This document shows, one piece after another, positions 39,648 to 49,544 of a stretch of DNA of 64,000 nt. Both the position numbers and the translations under genes were made by a program. Position 1 is the first letter of the stretch. Each line of letters opens with the position of its first letter. Source of the stretch: Candidatus Latescibacterota bacterium (GTDB lineage Bacteria; Latescibacterota; UBA2968; GCA-2709665); contig OZ250150.1 of NCBI GenBank assembly GCA_965237675.1, positions 4,896,001-4,960,000 of the forward strand. Direction: 5' to 3'. Below the pieces are notes generated by a model that did no database searches, was not told where the DNA came from, and saw only the letters and a program-made list of their open reading frames with translations.

Positions 39648-40898
39648 GTGGTCGATTTCAGAAGTTAGTATCAAGTTAGGCGGCGATTTTGAGTTCGCGG
39701 AGCCTTTCTTCGAGGTCGTTGCGGGTGAATCGCCAGTTGAAGGGTCTGGAAGTTTGGTTGTAGCGGCGCTCAAAACCGAGGATTCGGTCTTCCATTTGCT
39801 TTCTGTCTGCGAGGTCGTTGGGCGTAAGTGCCTTTCTTTGAAGGATAGAGAAGTAGATCTCGATTTGGTTGAGCCAGCTTGCGTGGACGGGAAGATGGAT
39901 GGCGATCAGGTTCGGGTAAGCTTCCGGAGTCGCGCAGGGGAGGTCGACGGGTGATGGGAAGCCCCATTGTCGAGGATCCAGAACACGCGTTCGGCCGAAG
40001 CATACGGCTCCTGCTTCATCACGAGGTCGACCAGAGCCTGAAAGGGTTCGATCCCCGTGGTTTGATCCACACGACCAAAGATTTTTCCGCTTCTGATATC
40101 GAGTGCGGCCAGGTAGGCCACGGTCCCGTGGCGCTTGTAGTCCGACTCACAGTGAATGGGTTTGCCCGGTCCCGGCGGTGAACACGGGAACTCCCGCTCC
40201 AGGATCTGGAGCTGCGATTTCTCGTCCGCACTGAGGACGTAGTCTTTGGGCCCCAGTGGCACGCCCTCATAATCACCTTGATACAGATCCAAAACGGGGC
40301 CCGCTTTTTCCAGAAAGCGCGGATCCTTGACAGAGATCCAGGATCGGTGAAACCAGGGACGAATGGCGTCCTGTTTGAGGAGACGCCACAGCGTGCTCCT
40401 GGAGATCGACACGGTGGACTCCGAACGGATTTCCCGAAGCATCTCTGCGAGGCTGAAGCGGGAAAGCGGGATCTCCCGCACGGCTGGCAATTGGCAGGCG
40501 ATGGCCTTAATTTCAGCGACGCTTTCGGGGGGGAAAAACCGGGGGTCTTCCACTACGAGGCTGATCCAACAGTGAAAAACCCTCAACCGACCAGCGCTTT
40601 CGCCATTTCATCACCGTTCTCGGGTGCACCCCAACGGCTTGAGCCAGCCTCTCGTGCGAGATGTCCGGATGCTCCGACAAGATCACGACCATCTTGGCCC
40701 GGTGAACATGGGAGCTGGGTGCCGTTCGTTGTCGTGCAATCCTACGAGCCTCTGCGATCTCCTCCGTCTCAAACTCGGGTTGATACTTCGGCTTCGGTCC
40801 AGGCATCGGTTACCTCCCAACGCGGTCGGGGAGACAACCTTATTATAAGCACACACCCGGTTCCAGACAACATTATACCTATTTCTGAAATCGACCAC
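39648..40898 (-). mobile_element. IS630-family insertion sequence
   Basis: Perfect 16-bp IRs gtggtcgatttcagaa/ttctgaaatcgaccac flanked by duplicated TA (39646-47, 40899-900). Confidence 0.93.
39676..40806 (-). pseudogene. IS630 transposase: HTH OrfA, T5C7 frameshift site (~40526-40538), DDE part with a second frameshift near 39925
   Basis: PRSGRPPVF; ADEKSQLQ; YKRHGT; ILDNGASH. The motif HLPVHASWLNQIEIYFS..KIAA* lies in another frame. Confidence 0.85.
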
Positions 40899-41738
40899 TA
40901 GGGGCGTCAACTCGGTGGTGTTTTCGCCGGATGGAAAAACGCTGGCAAGCGGCAGTTGGGACCGTACCGTGCGGTTGTGGGACGTGGATACCGGCAACGC
41001 TATAACAACCCTTGTAGGACATACGGATTGGGTCTGGTCGGTGGTGTTTTCGCCGGATGGAAAAACGCTGGCAAGCGGCAGTGACGACAATACGGTGCGG
41101 TTGTGGGACGTGCACACCGGCAACGCTATAACAACCCTTGTAGGACATACGGATTGGGTCTTCTCGGTGGTGTTTTCGCCGGATGGGAGCTCACTTGCCA
41201 GTGGCAGTGAGGACGGTACGATTCTGCTGTGGGATATGTCGCCGTATGTCACGCCTTTAACTCACGCTGCCGACTTCGACGGCGACGGATCCGTCGGGTT
41301 CAGCGATTTTCTGATCTTTGCCGGCAGCTTCGGCCAGGGTGCGTGAGGCGCTGGTTCGCCGCATTAGGATTGGTTCGCCGCCTTATCATCAGTTGCACAG
41401 GCTGGTAAGAGTGCGAGGCGCCTGGTGGGGCCCCACAGGGACGAGGCAGGAGGCGAGGTCCTGGTCTGACCTGCATTCAATACGTTGCCGAATGGTGTCG
41501 CGTAAAATGCGCTTCGAAGTTTTCGGCATCAATCACCATGTCACCGTGAAGGTGACAACTCGTGTTCTGTCCCGGAAATAGATTGCCTAAATTCAGCCGC
41601 CGAGGCGCCCGGCTGGCAAGGCGCCTGAGCGAGGCGACCTGCGCAAGGTCGGCGAGCGATGGCAACGCAGCGAGACGGGATGAACCGGCGGCTGAATGGT
41701 GACATATTTCTGGGACGGGACACTAAAGGGAGGCAGCT

Positions 41739-42548
41739 ATGTGGAACCGTGTTATTGCAACCGTGTGTGCGGCGTTCGTGTTGACCGGACCGTCGCTGGC
41801 AGCAGACATAACGCAAGGATTGACCATTAACGGCGGCCAGAACGTACTCGCGATGCTCAAGCTTGAGCGAGTGAACGATCCGGTCGCCGGCGACGGGATT
41901 CTAACCGTGCGTCTCTCGCTGTCCCACGCCAGGGACCTGAAGGGATACGGCCTGACGCTGCAGTACGATCCCGCGAAATATGAGTTTCTGGAAGCCAGTG
42001 AACCCGACGGAAACCTGCTCAAGGCGAATTCCGATCGTGAAACGCTGTTTCTGACGTCCAACCGGACGCCGGGCGAACTCAATCTCGGCGCAGTGAGAGT
42101 CGACGGGCAGGGCGCCAGCGGCGAAGGTACGCTGGTTGAACTGGTTTTCAAGGGAAGCGGGACGCCGTCGGCATCCGATTTTCAGGTCTCGGAGAGCGTG
42201 CTGGTAGGCGTGGACGGCGCTCTCGACCTGCTGGCCCGCGTTGAAATCGGAGATCTGAACCCCCTGCCGGATCAATACGGTCTCAACCGGAACATGCCCA
42301 ATCCGTTCAACCCCTCCACCACAATCGGCTATCAGCTTCCCGAGGCGGGGCGGGTCAGGCTGGCCGTCTACAATATGCTGGGACAGGAGGTGCGCGTCCT
42401 GGTGGACGACAGGAAAGCGGCCGGATCGTTCACGGCCACGTGGGACGGCACGGACCATTTGGGCCGGCGCACGGCCAGCGGTATCTATCTCTATCGGATA
42501 CAGGTGGGCAGTTTTTCGGATACCCGGCGCATGTTACTGTTGAAATAG
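41739..42548 (+). CDS. Secreted cohesin-like domain protein with FlgD-Ig/T9SS type-A-like C-terminal sorting domain
   Basis: Signal peptide; VRLSLSHARDLKGYGLTLQYDPAKYEF..GNLL..PGELNLG..SGEGTLVELVFK (cohesin pattern); NMPNPFNPSTTIGY..YNMLGQEV..ASGIYLYRI..MLLLK. Confidence 0.85.
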   Translation: MWNRVIATVCAAFVLTGPSLAADITQGLTINGGQNVLAMLKLERVNDPVAGDGILTVRLSLSHARDLKGYGLTLQYDPAKYEFLEASEPDGNLLKANSDRETLFLTSNRTPGELNLGAVRVDGQGASGEGTLVELVFKGSGTPSASDFQVSESVLVGVDGALDLLARVEIGDLNPLPDQYGLNRNMPNPFNPSTTIGYQLPEAGRVRLAVYNMLGQEVRVLVDDRKAAGSFTATWDGTDHLGRRTASGIYLYRIQVGSFSDTRRMLLLK

Positions 42549-42903
42549 GTGCGGAACCGATAGTCACTGGCAGCCGATTTACCGTACGCCCTCCGACGCC
42601 GGCCCCGATGCTGCCGAACCCGCGCCGGGAGCGGACATCAGGCGGGCGATGGGTCCTTCTGACCTCTGTCTCAATTTCGGGGTCGCGGGCTTGCCGGAAC
42701 CGGCGCCAACCGCTCGCTCCGGAACCACAGCGCCGCCCGCCACCCGCGGCCCCTGCTCGCATGAGGAACCCCGCGAACGATTACAATAGCGTACTATGCC
42801 ACTCCAACTGTCGCAGAAGCCGAGTCTGTACCCTGAGCCTGTCGAGGGACCGGATCATCTCACGCCTCCCCGTACCGGGGAGGGGACAAACGAGTCGCAT
42901 ATA

Positions 42904-43037
42904 GATGTACACCGGAGTTTCGTCATTTCACCGTTACGCTCCCGTCAGGTCAATCCCAATATTACATCATCAACAGTCTCTTCATGCGGTCTAATCGCAG
43001 TAGTCGTAGTCAATCACAGTCCAGGGAGGATCTCCGG
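42904..43037 (+). promoter_or_regulatory. Conserved leader copy 7
   Basis: gatgtacacc...cagtctcttcatgcggtctaatc...aatcacagtccagggagg. Confidence 0.6.
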
Positions 43038-43529
43038 ATGAAGAAATATTCGCCGTTCAGCCTAACTGTTCTATTCTCCAGCCTCCGTGGCGTCCGTTGC
43101 GTTTGTGGCGTAGCGTTCGCTATGACGCTATTGGCTGCCGGATGCGGCAACGATGGGACCGGCCCGGAGGGACCGTCAGTGACCGGAACGTGGACGGACA
43201 CGATCGAAGAGATCGACGGAAACACCCTCGATTTCCAACTCACGCTGAACCAGTCCGGATCGTCGGTCAGCGGCAACTTCAACCTGACGGTTGGGCTCCC
43301 GCTCGGCGGCGGATCGGTGACGGGTACCTACAATCATCCCGATCTCCGCTTAAGCTTCCCGCTTACGGTTAATCTTCTCGGCTCCGCGGTCTCTACCACG
43401 TGCACGTACACGGCCACGGTAAACGATGCACGCACGTCGATGCGGGGTACGCTGTTGTGTCACGAGGCGACGGACGGAGATATCTCATTGGAGGAAGTCA
43501 GGGTCGATTTGACGATGACGAAGCAATAG
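43038..43529 (+). CDS. Putative lipoprotein, beta-rich
   Basis: GGGAGG RBS before ATG 43038; lipobox LAAGC; SVTGTW..LTLNQSGSSVSG. Confidence 0.8.
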   Translation: MKKYSPFSLTVLFSSLRGVRCVCGVAFAMTLLAAGCGNDGTGPEGPSVTGTWTDTIEEIDGNTLDFQLTLNQSGSSVSGNFNLTVGLPLGGGSVTGTYNHPDLRLSFPLTVNLLGSAVSTTCTYTATVNDARTSMRGTLLCHEATDGDISLEEVRVDLTMTKQ

Positions 43530-44189
43530 CCGGCGTCCATTCCGCCAACGCTGCCGAAGCGCCAGGGGGTGAAAACCGAGCAGCTTCCGGCCTCATGTGC
43601 GCGCGACTGGAGGTGTTCAACCTCTCGGGCTGACACATTGTCGTCGTGGCGGATTAAGACCATGGCGCTCCCTTTTACGCAACGGTGTGGGACGCCACGG
43701 ATACCGTCCGGGCGGGTATCGGCCTGGCAACGGGTCTTTCTGTCTTGCGCCGCGGTCGCGATATTACCGGAACCGACGCCAACCGCTCGCTCCGTAACGC
43801 CGGCGCCGCCCGGTGCCCGCGGCCGTGACCCTCGAAAGGAAACCCCCTTGTCTTCAATGACAGCGGCCCTGACCGCCATCACTGTAGCAAAATGCGACGG
43901 AGACCTCGCATTCTGCCACACAGCGTGATTCTACAATGTCAGGGCCGATGGCCCATCGCACCTGCGCCCGCACTTCGGGGACGCACGTATGAAGGTGGGG
44001 CGGACATTCCTGTCTGCCCGCCTCGACGTCGTTCTGCCGACGTGAAGACCAAAAGAAGGCGTTCGCCGCCGAAGCAGTACGAGGCGTTATCCATCTCCCA
44101 CAGCATGCGTGGACACAGGGACGTAGGGGAAGGTTTGTAACCAGTCCCTGCGATTGGGGCCGTTGTAGCGGTCTAACCACGCAATTCAA

Positions 44190-44400
44190 ATAATTACGCC
44201 CGGTCTCTACATATCTCCGTACTCGTTCCAGAACGTTGAAACAATCACATCAATTAAGGTCTCTTTTTGCAGTTTAATCCAGGTTGATCGTTGTAAACCG
44301 GGTCAATCCTGGTCCGGGTTGGGCCGTGCGGCGGGTCTTTTGATTTCATCACGGTTCATCCTGGCAATCGAGTGAATCCTGATCCAGGGAGGATATTCGG
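44190..44400 (+). promoter_or_regulatory. Conserved leader copy 8 (expanded)
   Basis: aatcacatcaattaaggtctct...aatcc repeats...cagggaggatattcgg-ATG. Confidence 0.6.
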
Positions 44401-46593
44401 ATGAAAAGGTTCACGTCGTTCAGCTTAATCCCATTCTTGATGGGCGTCCTGTTGGTGCAGGAAAGCCGCGCCGAGGAATTTACGCGCTCAAATTTGCCCG
44501 AAGGTGCCATCGCCCGCCTAGGAAAATCCGCCGCCTACCAGAGAATGGCCTATTCTCCAGACGGCAGAAAGCTAGCAGCGGGCACAAGCATCGGGATCTG
44601 GCTATATGATTTGAATACCTATGAAGTAGTCGCCCTACTCCCTGGTAGGCCTATTTCGTTTTCGCCAGATGGAAAGACGCTGGTCAGTGGAAGTAGGGAC
44701 GGAATCCTTCGATTGTGGGACGTCGATACAGGACAAGAAAAATCCACCCTTATTGGCCATGCAGACTATGTGACGACCATATCATTTTCGCCAGACGGTC
44801 TGACGCTGGCCAGTGGGAGTGAAGACGATAGGGTCCGCTTGTGGGATGTGGAAACTGGGAAGGAAAAGGCGGTCCTGAAAGGCCATTGGGACGGTGTCAG
44901 CTGGGTGTTGTTTTCACCTGATGGAAAGACGCTGGTTAGTGGCAGCGGTGCACGGGAAGATATGATTCGTGTTTGGAATGTAGGCACCGGCCAGGAAGTA
45001 GCCATCCTTGGTGGGTCTGGCGTCCGTGGTACGGATGTGGCGAGGTTTTCGTCTGACGGAAAGACCCTAGCTGTTGCACGCGAGGACAGCACGATTCTTC
45101 TATGGGACGTGGCCACGGGGCAAGGGAAGGCCACTCTTGAAGGCCATACGGATGAGGTCTGGCGGCTATCGATTTCGCCGGATGGTGAGACACTTGCCAG
45201 TGGCAGTAGGGACGGCGTCATCTTGTTGTGGGACATGGTCACCGGGCGACAAAAAGCCACGCTGGAAGGCCATACGTCAGGGATCCTTGCGTTGTCGTTT
45301 TCCCCGGATGGAATGAGCCTGGCCAGTGGGGGATATGACCCGACCATTCTGTTGTGGGACGTGGGCACTGGGCATGATAAGGCCATGCTTGAAGGCCATA
45401 CGGTTACGATCTGGCGGCTATCGTTTTCGCCGGATGGTGAAACCCTTGCCAGTTCTGCTGAGGACGGGGTCCGTTTGTGGGATGTGGCCAGCGGTCAGGA
45501 AAAGACCACCCTTCTTGACCCTTGGGATGCCTATGCGGTGGCTTTCTCTCCGGATGGAACAACTCTAGCCAGTGGCAGTTGGGGTGAAAAAAAACCGATT
45601 CGTTTGTGGGATGTGGCCAGCGGCCGAGAGAAGGCCACCCCCGAAGACCATTTGCGGAATCGGAGGATAAGTATCTTTTCGCTGGCGTATTCTCCAGATG
45701 GCCTGACCCTGGCTGGTGGCAACCCGGGGTGGCCGATTTACCTGTGGGATGTGACCACCGGCCAAATAGAGGCCTCATTTTCCCATCGAAACCCTCCTCG
45801 TTCGCTGTCATTTTCCCCGGATGGTTTGACCCTGGCCAGTGGAGGAGGGTACAACTTGCGTTTGTGGGACGTTTCCAGCGGGAAGGAGAAAGCCAACCTT
45901 GAAGGCCACACAGATAGGGTCACTTCCGTGTCTTTTTCTCCGGTTGGTCTGACGCTGGCCAGTGGCAGTAAGGACAACACGGTTGTGTTGTGGGATGCGG
46001 GGAGCAGTCAGCAGATGGCCGTCCTCCAAGGCCATACGGATCAAGTAAATTCAGTGTCATTTTCGCCGGATGGAAAAACGCTGGCTAGTGCAGGCGATTA
46101 TCCGAACGATACAGTTGTTCGATTGTGGGATGTCGAAAGCCGTCAGGAAAAGTCGGTTCTTGAAGGCCATTTGGGGTCTGTCCTTTCCGTGTCGTTTTCA
46201 CCGGATGGTCGAACACTGGCCAGTGGCAGTGCGGACCGTACTATTCGGTTGTGGGACATGGCCACGGGTCAGGAGATGCACACACTCACAGGACATGCGG
46301 GAAGGGTTCATTCGGTGACGTTTTCGCCGGATGGTGAAACCCTTGCCAGTGTCAGTGGTGACGGGACGATTCTGCTGTGGGATATGTCGCCGTATGTGAC
46401 CTACCAGGCTCCCAGTCCCGACTTCGACGGCGACGGGGCCGTCGGGTTTTCCGACTTTCTGCAATTCGCGGCGAACTTCGGGCTGAGCCAGGGCGACGCT
46501 GGGTATGACGCACGGTTCGATCTGGACGGCGACGGATCCGTCGGGTTCAGCGATTTTCTGATCTTTGCCGGCAGCTTCGGCCAGGGTGCGTGA
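44401..46593 (+). CDS. Secreted WD40 repeat protein (more diverged repeats) with C-terminal dockerin-like module
   Basis: Signal peptide, LPEGAIARLGK, ~14 WD40 repeats, DFDGDG/DLDGDG tail. Confidence 0.95.
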   Translation: MKRFTSFSLIPFLMGVLLVQESRAEEFTRSNLPEGAIARLGKSAAYQRMAYSPDGRKLAAGTSIGIWLYDLNTYEVVALLPGRPISFSPDGKTLVSGSRDGILRLWDVDTGQEKSTLIGHADYVTTISFSPDGLTLASGSEDDRVRLWDVETGKEKAVLKGHWDGVSWVLFSPDGKTLVSGSGAREDMIRVWNVGTGQEVAILGGSGVRGTDVARFSSDGKTLAVAREDSTILLWDVATGQGKATLEGHTDEVWRLSISPDGETLASGSRDGVILLWDMVTGRQKATLEGHTSGILALSFSPDGMSLASGGYDPTILLWDVGTGHDKAMLEGHTVTIWRLSFSPDGETLASSAEDGVRLWDVASGQEKTTLLDPWDAYAVAFSPDGTTLASGSWGEKKPIRLWDVASGREKATPEDHLRNRRISIFSLAYSPDGLTLAGGNPGWPIYLWDVTTGQIEASFSHRNPPRSLSFSPDGLTLASGGGYNLRLWDVSSGKEKANLEGHTDRVTSVSFSPVGLTLASGSKDNTVVLWDAGSSQQMAVLQGHTDQVNSVSFSPDGKTLASAGDYPNDTVVRLWDVESRQEKSVLEGHLGSVLSVSFSPDGRTLASGSADRTIRLWDMATGQEMHTLTGHAGRVHSVTFSPDGETLASVSGDGTILLWDMSPYVTYQAPSPDFDGDGAVGFSDFLQFAANFGLSQGDAGYDARFDLDGDGSVGFSDFLIFAGSFGQGA

Positions 46594-46703
46594 GGCGCCG
46601 GCACAGCGGCAGGATGAAACCGCGCCACGTCACCTGAATATTCGCTTGACACCTAACACAACGACTGTCCACGAAACCGCCGTAAATCCTTGAGGAGCCA
46701 CTA

Positions 46704-48179
46704 ATGAATCCAAAGATGATGGTCGGGCCCCTGCTGGGGGTTGAAAACGACTCCATATACACATTCTGTTTTCTGTCGGATATGACAGTTACCGATTGTG
46801 ATCTTTTCGTGAACGGCACCGAAAAGGCTTCGTTTCGGAAGATTACGGATACCTACAGCGGGCAGTTTTGGCGGGCTGAGTTCGCGGTGGACGCCCGCGG
46901 TTTGTCGCAATATTTGACTTACGAGATTCGTAGCAACGGATCCAAACTTCAGGGTGTGTCCGGGTGTTCGAACTGGACGTTTTATGTGCCAGACTCCTCA
47001 GAGAAGCCTCGGATCGGTTATGCATCATGCAACGGCTTCTCTTCTTCGAAACAGGTCAAAAAGACCAGTGACCCCTATTATCTCTGGAAGCGGATGTGCA
47101 AAGACCACGAGAGGGAACCGCTGTCCTTGTTGATCATGGGCGGGGATCAGTTGTATGCGGACGAGATCTGGGAAAGTTCCCTGGCGCCTACGGTCGTCAA
47201 ATGGAGCGAATTGTCGCGGTCGAAACGGATCAGCTACAAGGTCGAGGCGGCAATTTCGAACGAACTGAAACACTTTTACGAAACCCTTTACGTGAAGCGC
47301 TGGTCCAGTCCGCAAATGGCGCACATGATGGCCTCTGTGCCGACGGTCATGATGTGGGATGACCACGACATCTTTGACGGCTGGGGCTCTTACAAACCCG
47401 ACTTGCAGGGCTGCGAGGTCTTCCAGGGGATCTTTTGCAATGCCAGGCGATATTTCGAGTTGTTTCAACTCCGCTCCTGGCACAACAATACTTTACTGAG
47501 TTCCGGAGCGCATGGCTCGTTTGGGCTTCGCTTCCATGATTACCTGATATTGGGACTGGATAACCGTTCGGACAGGACTCGAAACCAGGTCATGTCACCC
47601 TGCCACTGGAACGATATCAAGTGCTGGTTAAGATCGCAGTGCCGTTGGAGCGGGAATTTTCTCGTGCTCTCAGCCATTCCCGTGGCCTATCGTTCGTTCG
47701 CGGGGGTAGAGGCCGTTTTTGCTGCAACGTCGTGGGAGGAGGAGTTGGAGGACGATATCCTGGATCACTGGTCCGCCAGGGAGCATCAGGGGGAGAGAAT
47801 GAAGTTGATGATGAATCTCATGGACTTTGTCGGTGAAACCGGCTGTCGTAGTATTATTCTGTCCGGCGATGTACACGTCGGTGCGCTGGGCGTCATTAGG
47901 GATAACCGGAATGATCGGGAGATCCATCAGGTCATCTCTTCTGGAATCGTGCATCCTCCGCCCAGCGCAATTGAATGGCTTGGTCTTCGGGCGGTAACTT
48001 CAGACAAAAAAGAGACCATCGGGAACGGACAGATTACAACCGAGATGATCCGCCCGTTTGGCTCAGACGATTATATCCGTGCACGCAACTTCGCCGTACT
48101 TAAGGAGGGAAACGATGGGAAATTGTGGGTGAACTGGATCTGCGAAGGTGAGTTGAAGCCGGAATATGGTATCCCGTGA
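46704..48179 (+). CDS. PhoD-like (alkaline phosphatase D family) metallophosphoesterase
   Basis: ASCNG, GGDQLYAD, WDDHDIFDGWGS, LDNR, LSGDVH motifs; no signal peptide. Confidence 0.85.
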   Translation: MNPKMMVGPLLGVENDSIYTFCFLSDMTVTDCDLFVNGTEKASFRKITDTYSGQFWRAEFAVDARGLSQYLTYEIRSNGSKLQGVSGCSNWTFYVPDSSEKPRIGYASCNGFSSSKQVKKTSDPYYLWKRMCKDHEREPLSLLIMGGDQLYADEIWESSLAPTVVKWSELSRSKRISYKVEAAISNELKHFYETLYVKRWSSPQMAHMMASVPTVMMWDDHDIFDGWGSYKPDLQGCEVFQGIFCNARRYFELFQLRSWHNNTLLSSGAHGSFGLRFHDYLILGLDNRSDRTRNQVMSPCHWNDIKCWLRSQCRWSGNFLVLSAIPVAYRSFAGVEAVFAATSWEEELEDDILDHWSAREHQGERMKLMMNLMDFVGETGCRSIILSGDVHVGALGVIRDNRNDREIHQVISSGIVHPPPSAIEWLGLRAVTSDKKETIGNGQITTEMIRPFGSDDYIRARNFAVLKEGNDGKLWVNWICEGELKPEYGIP

Positions 48180-48530
48180 GGATAGCCAAGTCAATTCGTC
48201 AGCAGGGTTGGGCGCAACGAGTTGACAGCCAAAGCGGCGAACATCACGGATTGTTGTTGTCTACCGCGGGGGTCGGGCGAAAGATTCGTGCGTTGATTTT
48301 TGTCAACACCGTTTTTGTTCTTGACGGATCCACCGGTTTAAATTTCGAAACAATAGACAGGGTTATGAGTTTCTCAGGGTGGCACGGGAAGCTCCTTATC
48401 GGGTGTGTTGAAAGGGTTGTGTAGGCAGTCCTGCGCGTGTGCGATGTCGCAGGCGGCCTGCCTGCTGCAGGCGGGCGGATGGGCGAGAGCACCCTGGGCC
48501 GCTGAGTGACCCTCTGGTCCATGAACCGAT

Positions 48531-48690
48531 GCCCCGAGCTGTGGTCCCTGAGCCTTTCGAAGGGTCGAAGGGCCGGCGAAGTGCTCGCATTTCGACATTT
48601 CGACAAGCTCAATGCGGGCAAGTTCAGTACAAGCAGCGCACGGTGTACGCAAAGAACATAGTTGATCCGCGATCTTGAGCCTGTCGAGAG
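48531..48690. repeat. Cluster of REP-like palindromic units (CCTGAGCnTGTCGAAGG / TTCGACAAGCTCA type; another at ~42831-42849)
   Basis: ccctgagcctttcgaaggg, ttcgacaagctcaa and ttgagcctgtcgaga in both orientations. Confidence 0.55.
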
Positions 48691-48833
48691 ACGGTATCAT
48701 CGCTCCCCTTCACGCAACGGGGAGGGGTCGCCATCCGGCGCGTGGCTCTGCGTCTTTGTGACAAACCGGGGCTCAGAGCAAGCAATGAAATAACACGCCG
48801 GGTCGAGGGAGCGGTCAAGTGATGCAACCCATC

Positions 48834-48976
48834 GATGTACATCGGGCCTCTTCATATCGCCATTACGCTCCTTTCATGCCAATCCAAAAATTACATCGGT
48901 GACAGTCTCTTGATGCGGTTTAACCACAGTTAGTCACGATAATTATAGCCAATCACGATCCAGGGAGGATATCCGG
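48834..48976 (+). promoter_or_regulatory. Conserved leader copy 9
   Basis: gatgtacatc...cagtctcttgatgcggtttaaccacagt...cagggaggatatccgg-ATG. Confidence 0.6.
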
Positions 48977-49408
48977 ATGAGCCAGAACTCCAAGTTGTTC
49001 CTCATGACCTTGCTGTTGGCCGGCGTCCTGATGGCGCAGGACAGCCGCAGTAGGGACCGTACCGTGCGGTTGTGGGACGTGCACACCGGCAACGCTATAA
49101 CAACCCTTGTAGGACATACGTCTTCGGTCAACTCGGTGGTGTTTTCGCCGGATGGAAAAACGCTGGCCAGTGGCAGCGGGGACGATACGATTCTGTTGTG
49201 GGACATGTTGCCCTACGTCACACCTCAAACTCCCGATGCCGACTTCGGCGGCGATGGTACCGTGGGTTTCGCCGACTTTCTACAATTCGCGGCACAGTTC
49301 GGGCTGAGCCAGGGAGACGCGGGGTATGACGTCCGGTTCGATCTGGACGGCGCCGTCGGGTTCAGCGATTTCCTGATCTTTGCCGGCAGCTTCGGAGAGT
49401 GTGCGTGA
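48977..49408 (+). pseudogene. Internally deleted mini WD40 gene (signal peptide, ~1.5 repeats, degenerate dockerin)
   Basis: The signal peptide joins directly to RDRTVRLWD. Dockerin loops are damaged (DFGGDG; DLDG-AVGF). Confidence 0.75.
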
Positions 49409-49544
49409 GTCGCCGGTGCGGTGTCTGCCTGTCCGCATCAGCGAGGCAGGCGCAAAGACAACGACTACACGTATTAAAGCCCTTTGTCTACACGACCCTT
49501 TGCGGCGTGCTTTGGACTTTACAACAAGGAGGAAACTTCGGCCA

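Larger units (their letters stand above)
39140..41346 (+). pseudogene. Short secreted WD40 gene (~317 aa if restored) interrupted by IS630; only a half dockerin remains
   Basis: Removing 39648-40900 restores the frame GGA CAT ACT AGG GGC GTC AAC (GHTRGVN). Confidence 0.9.
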
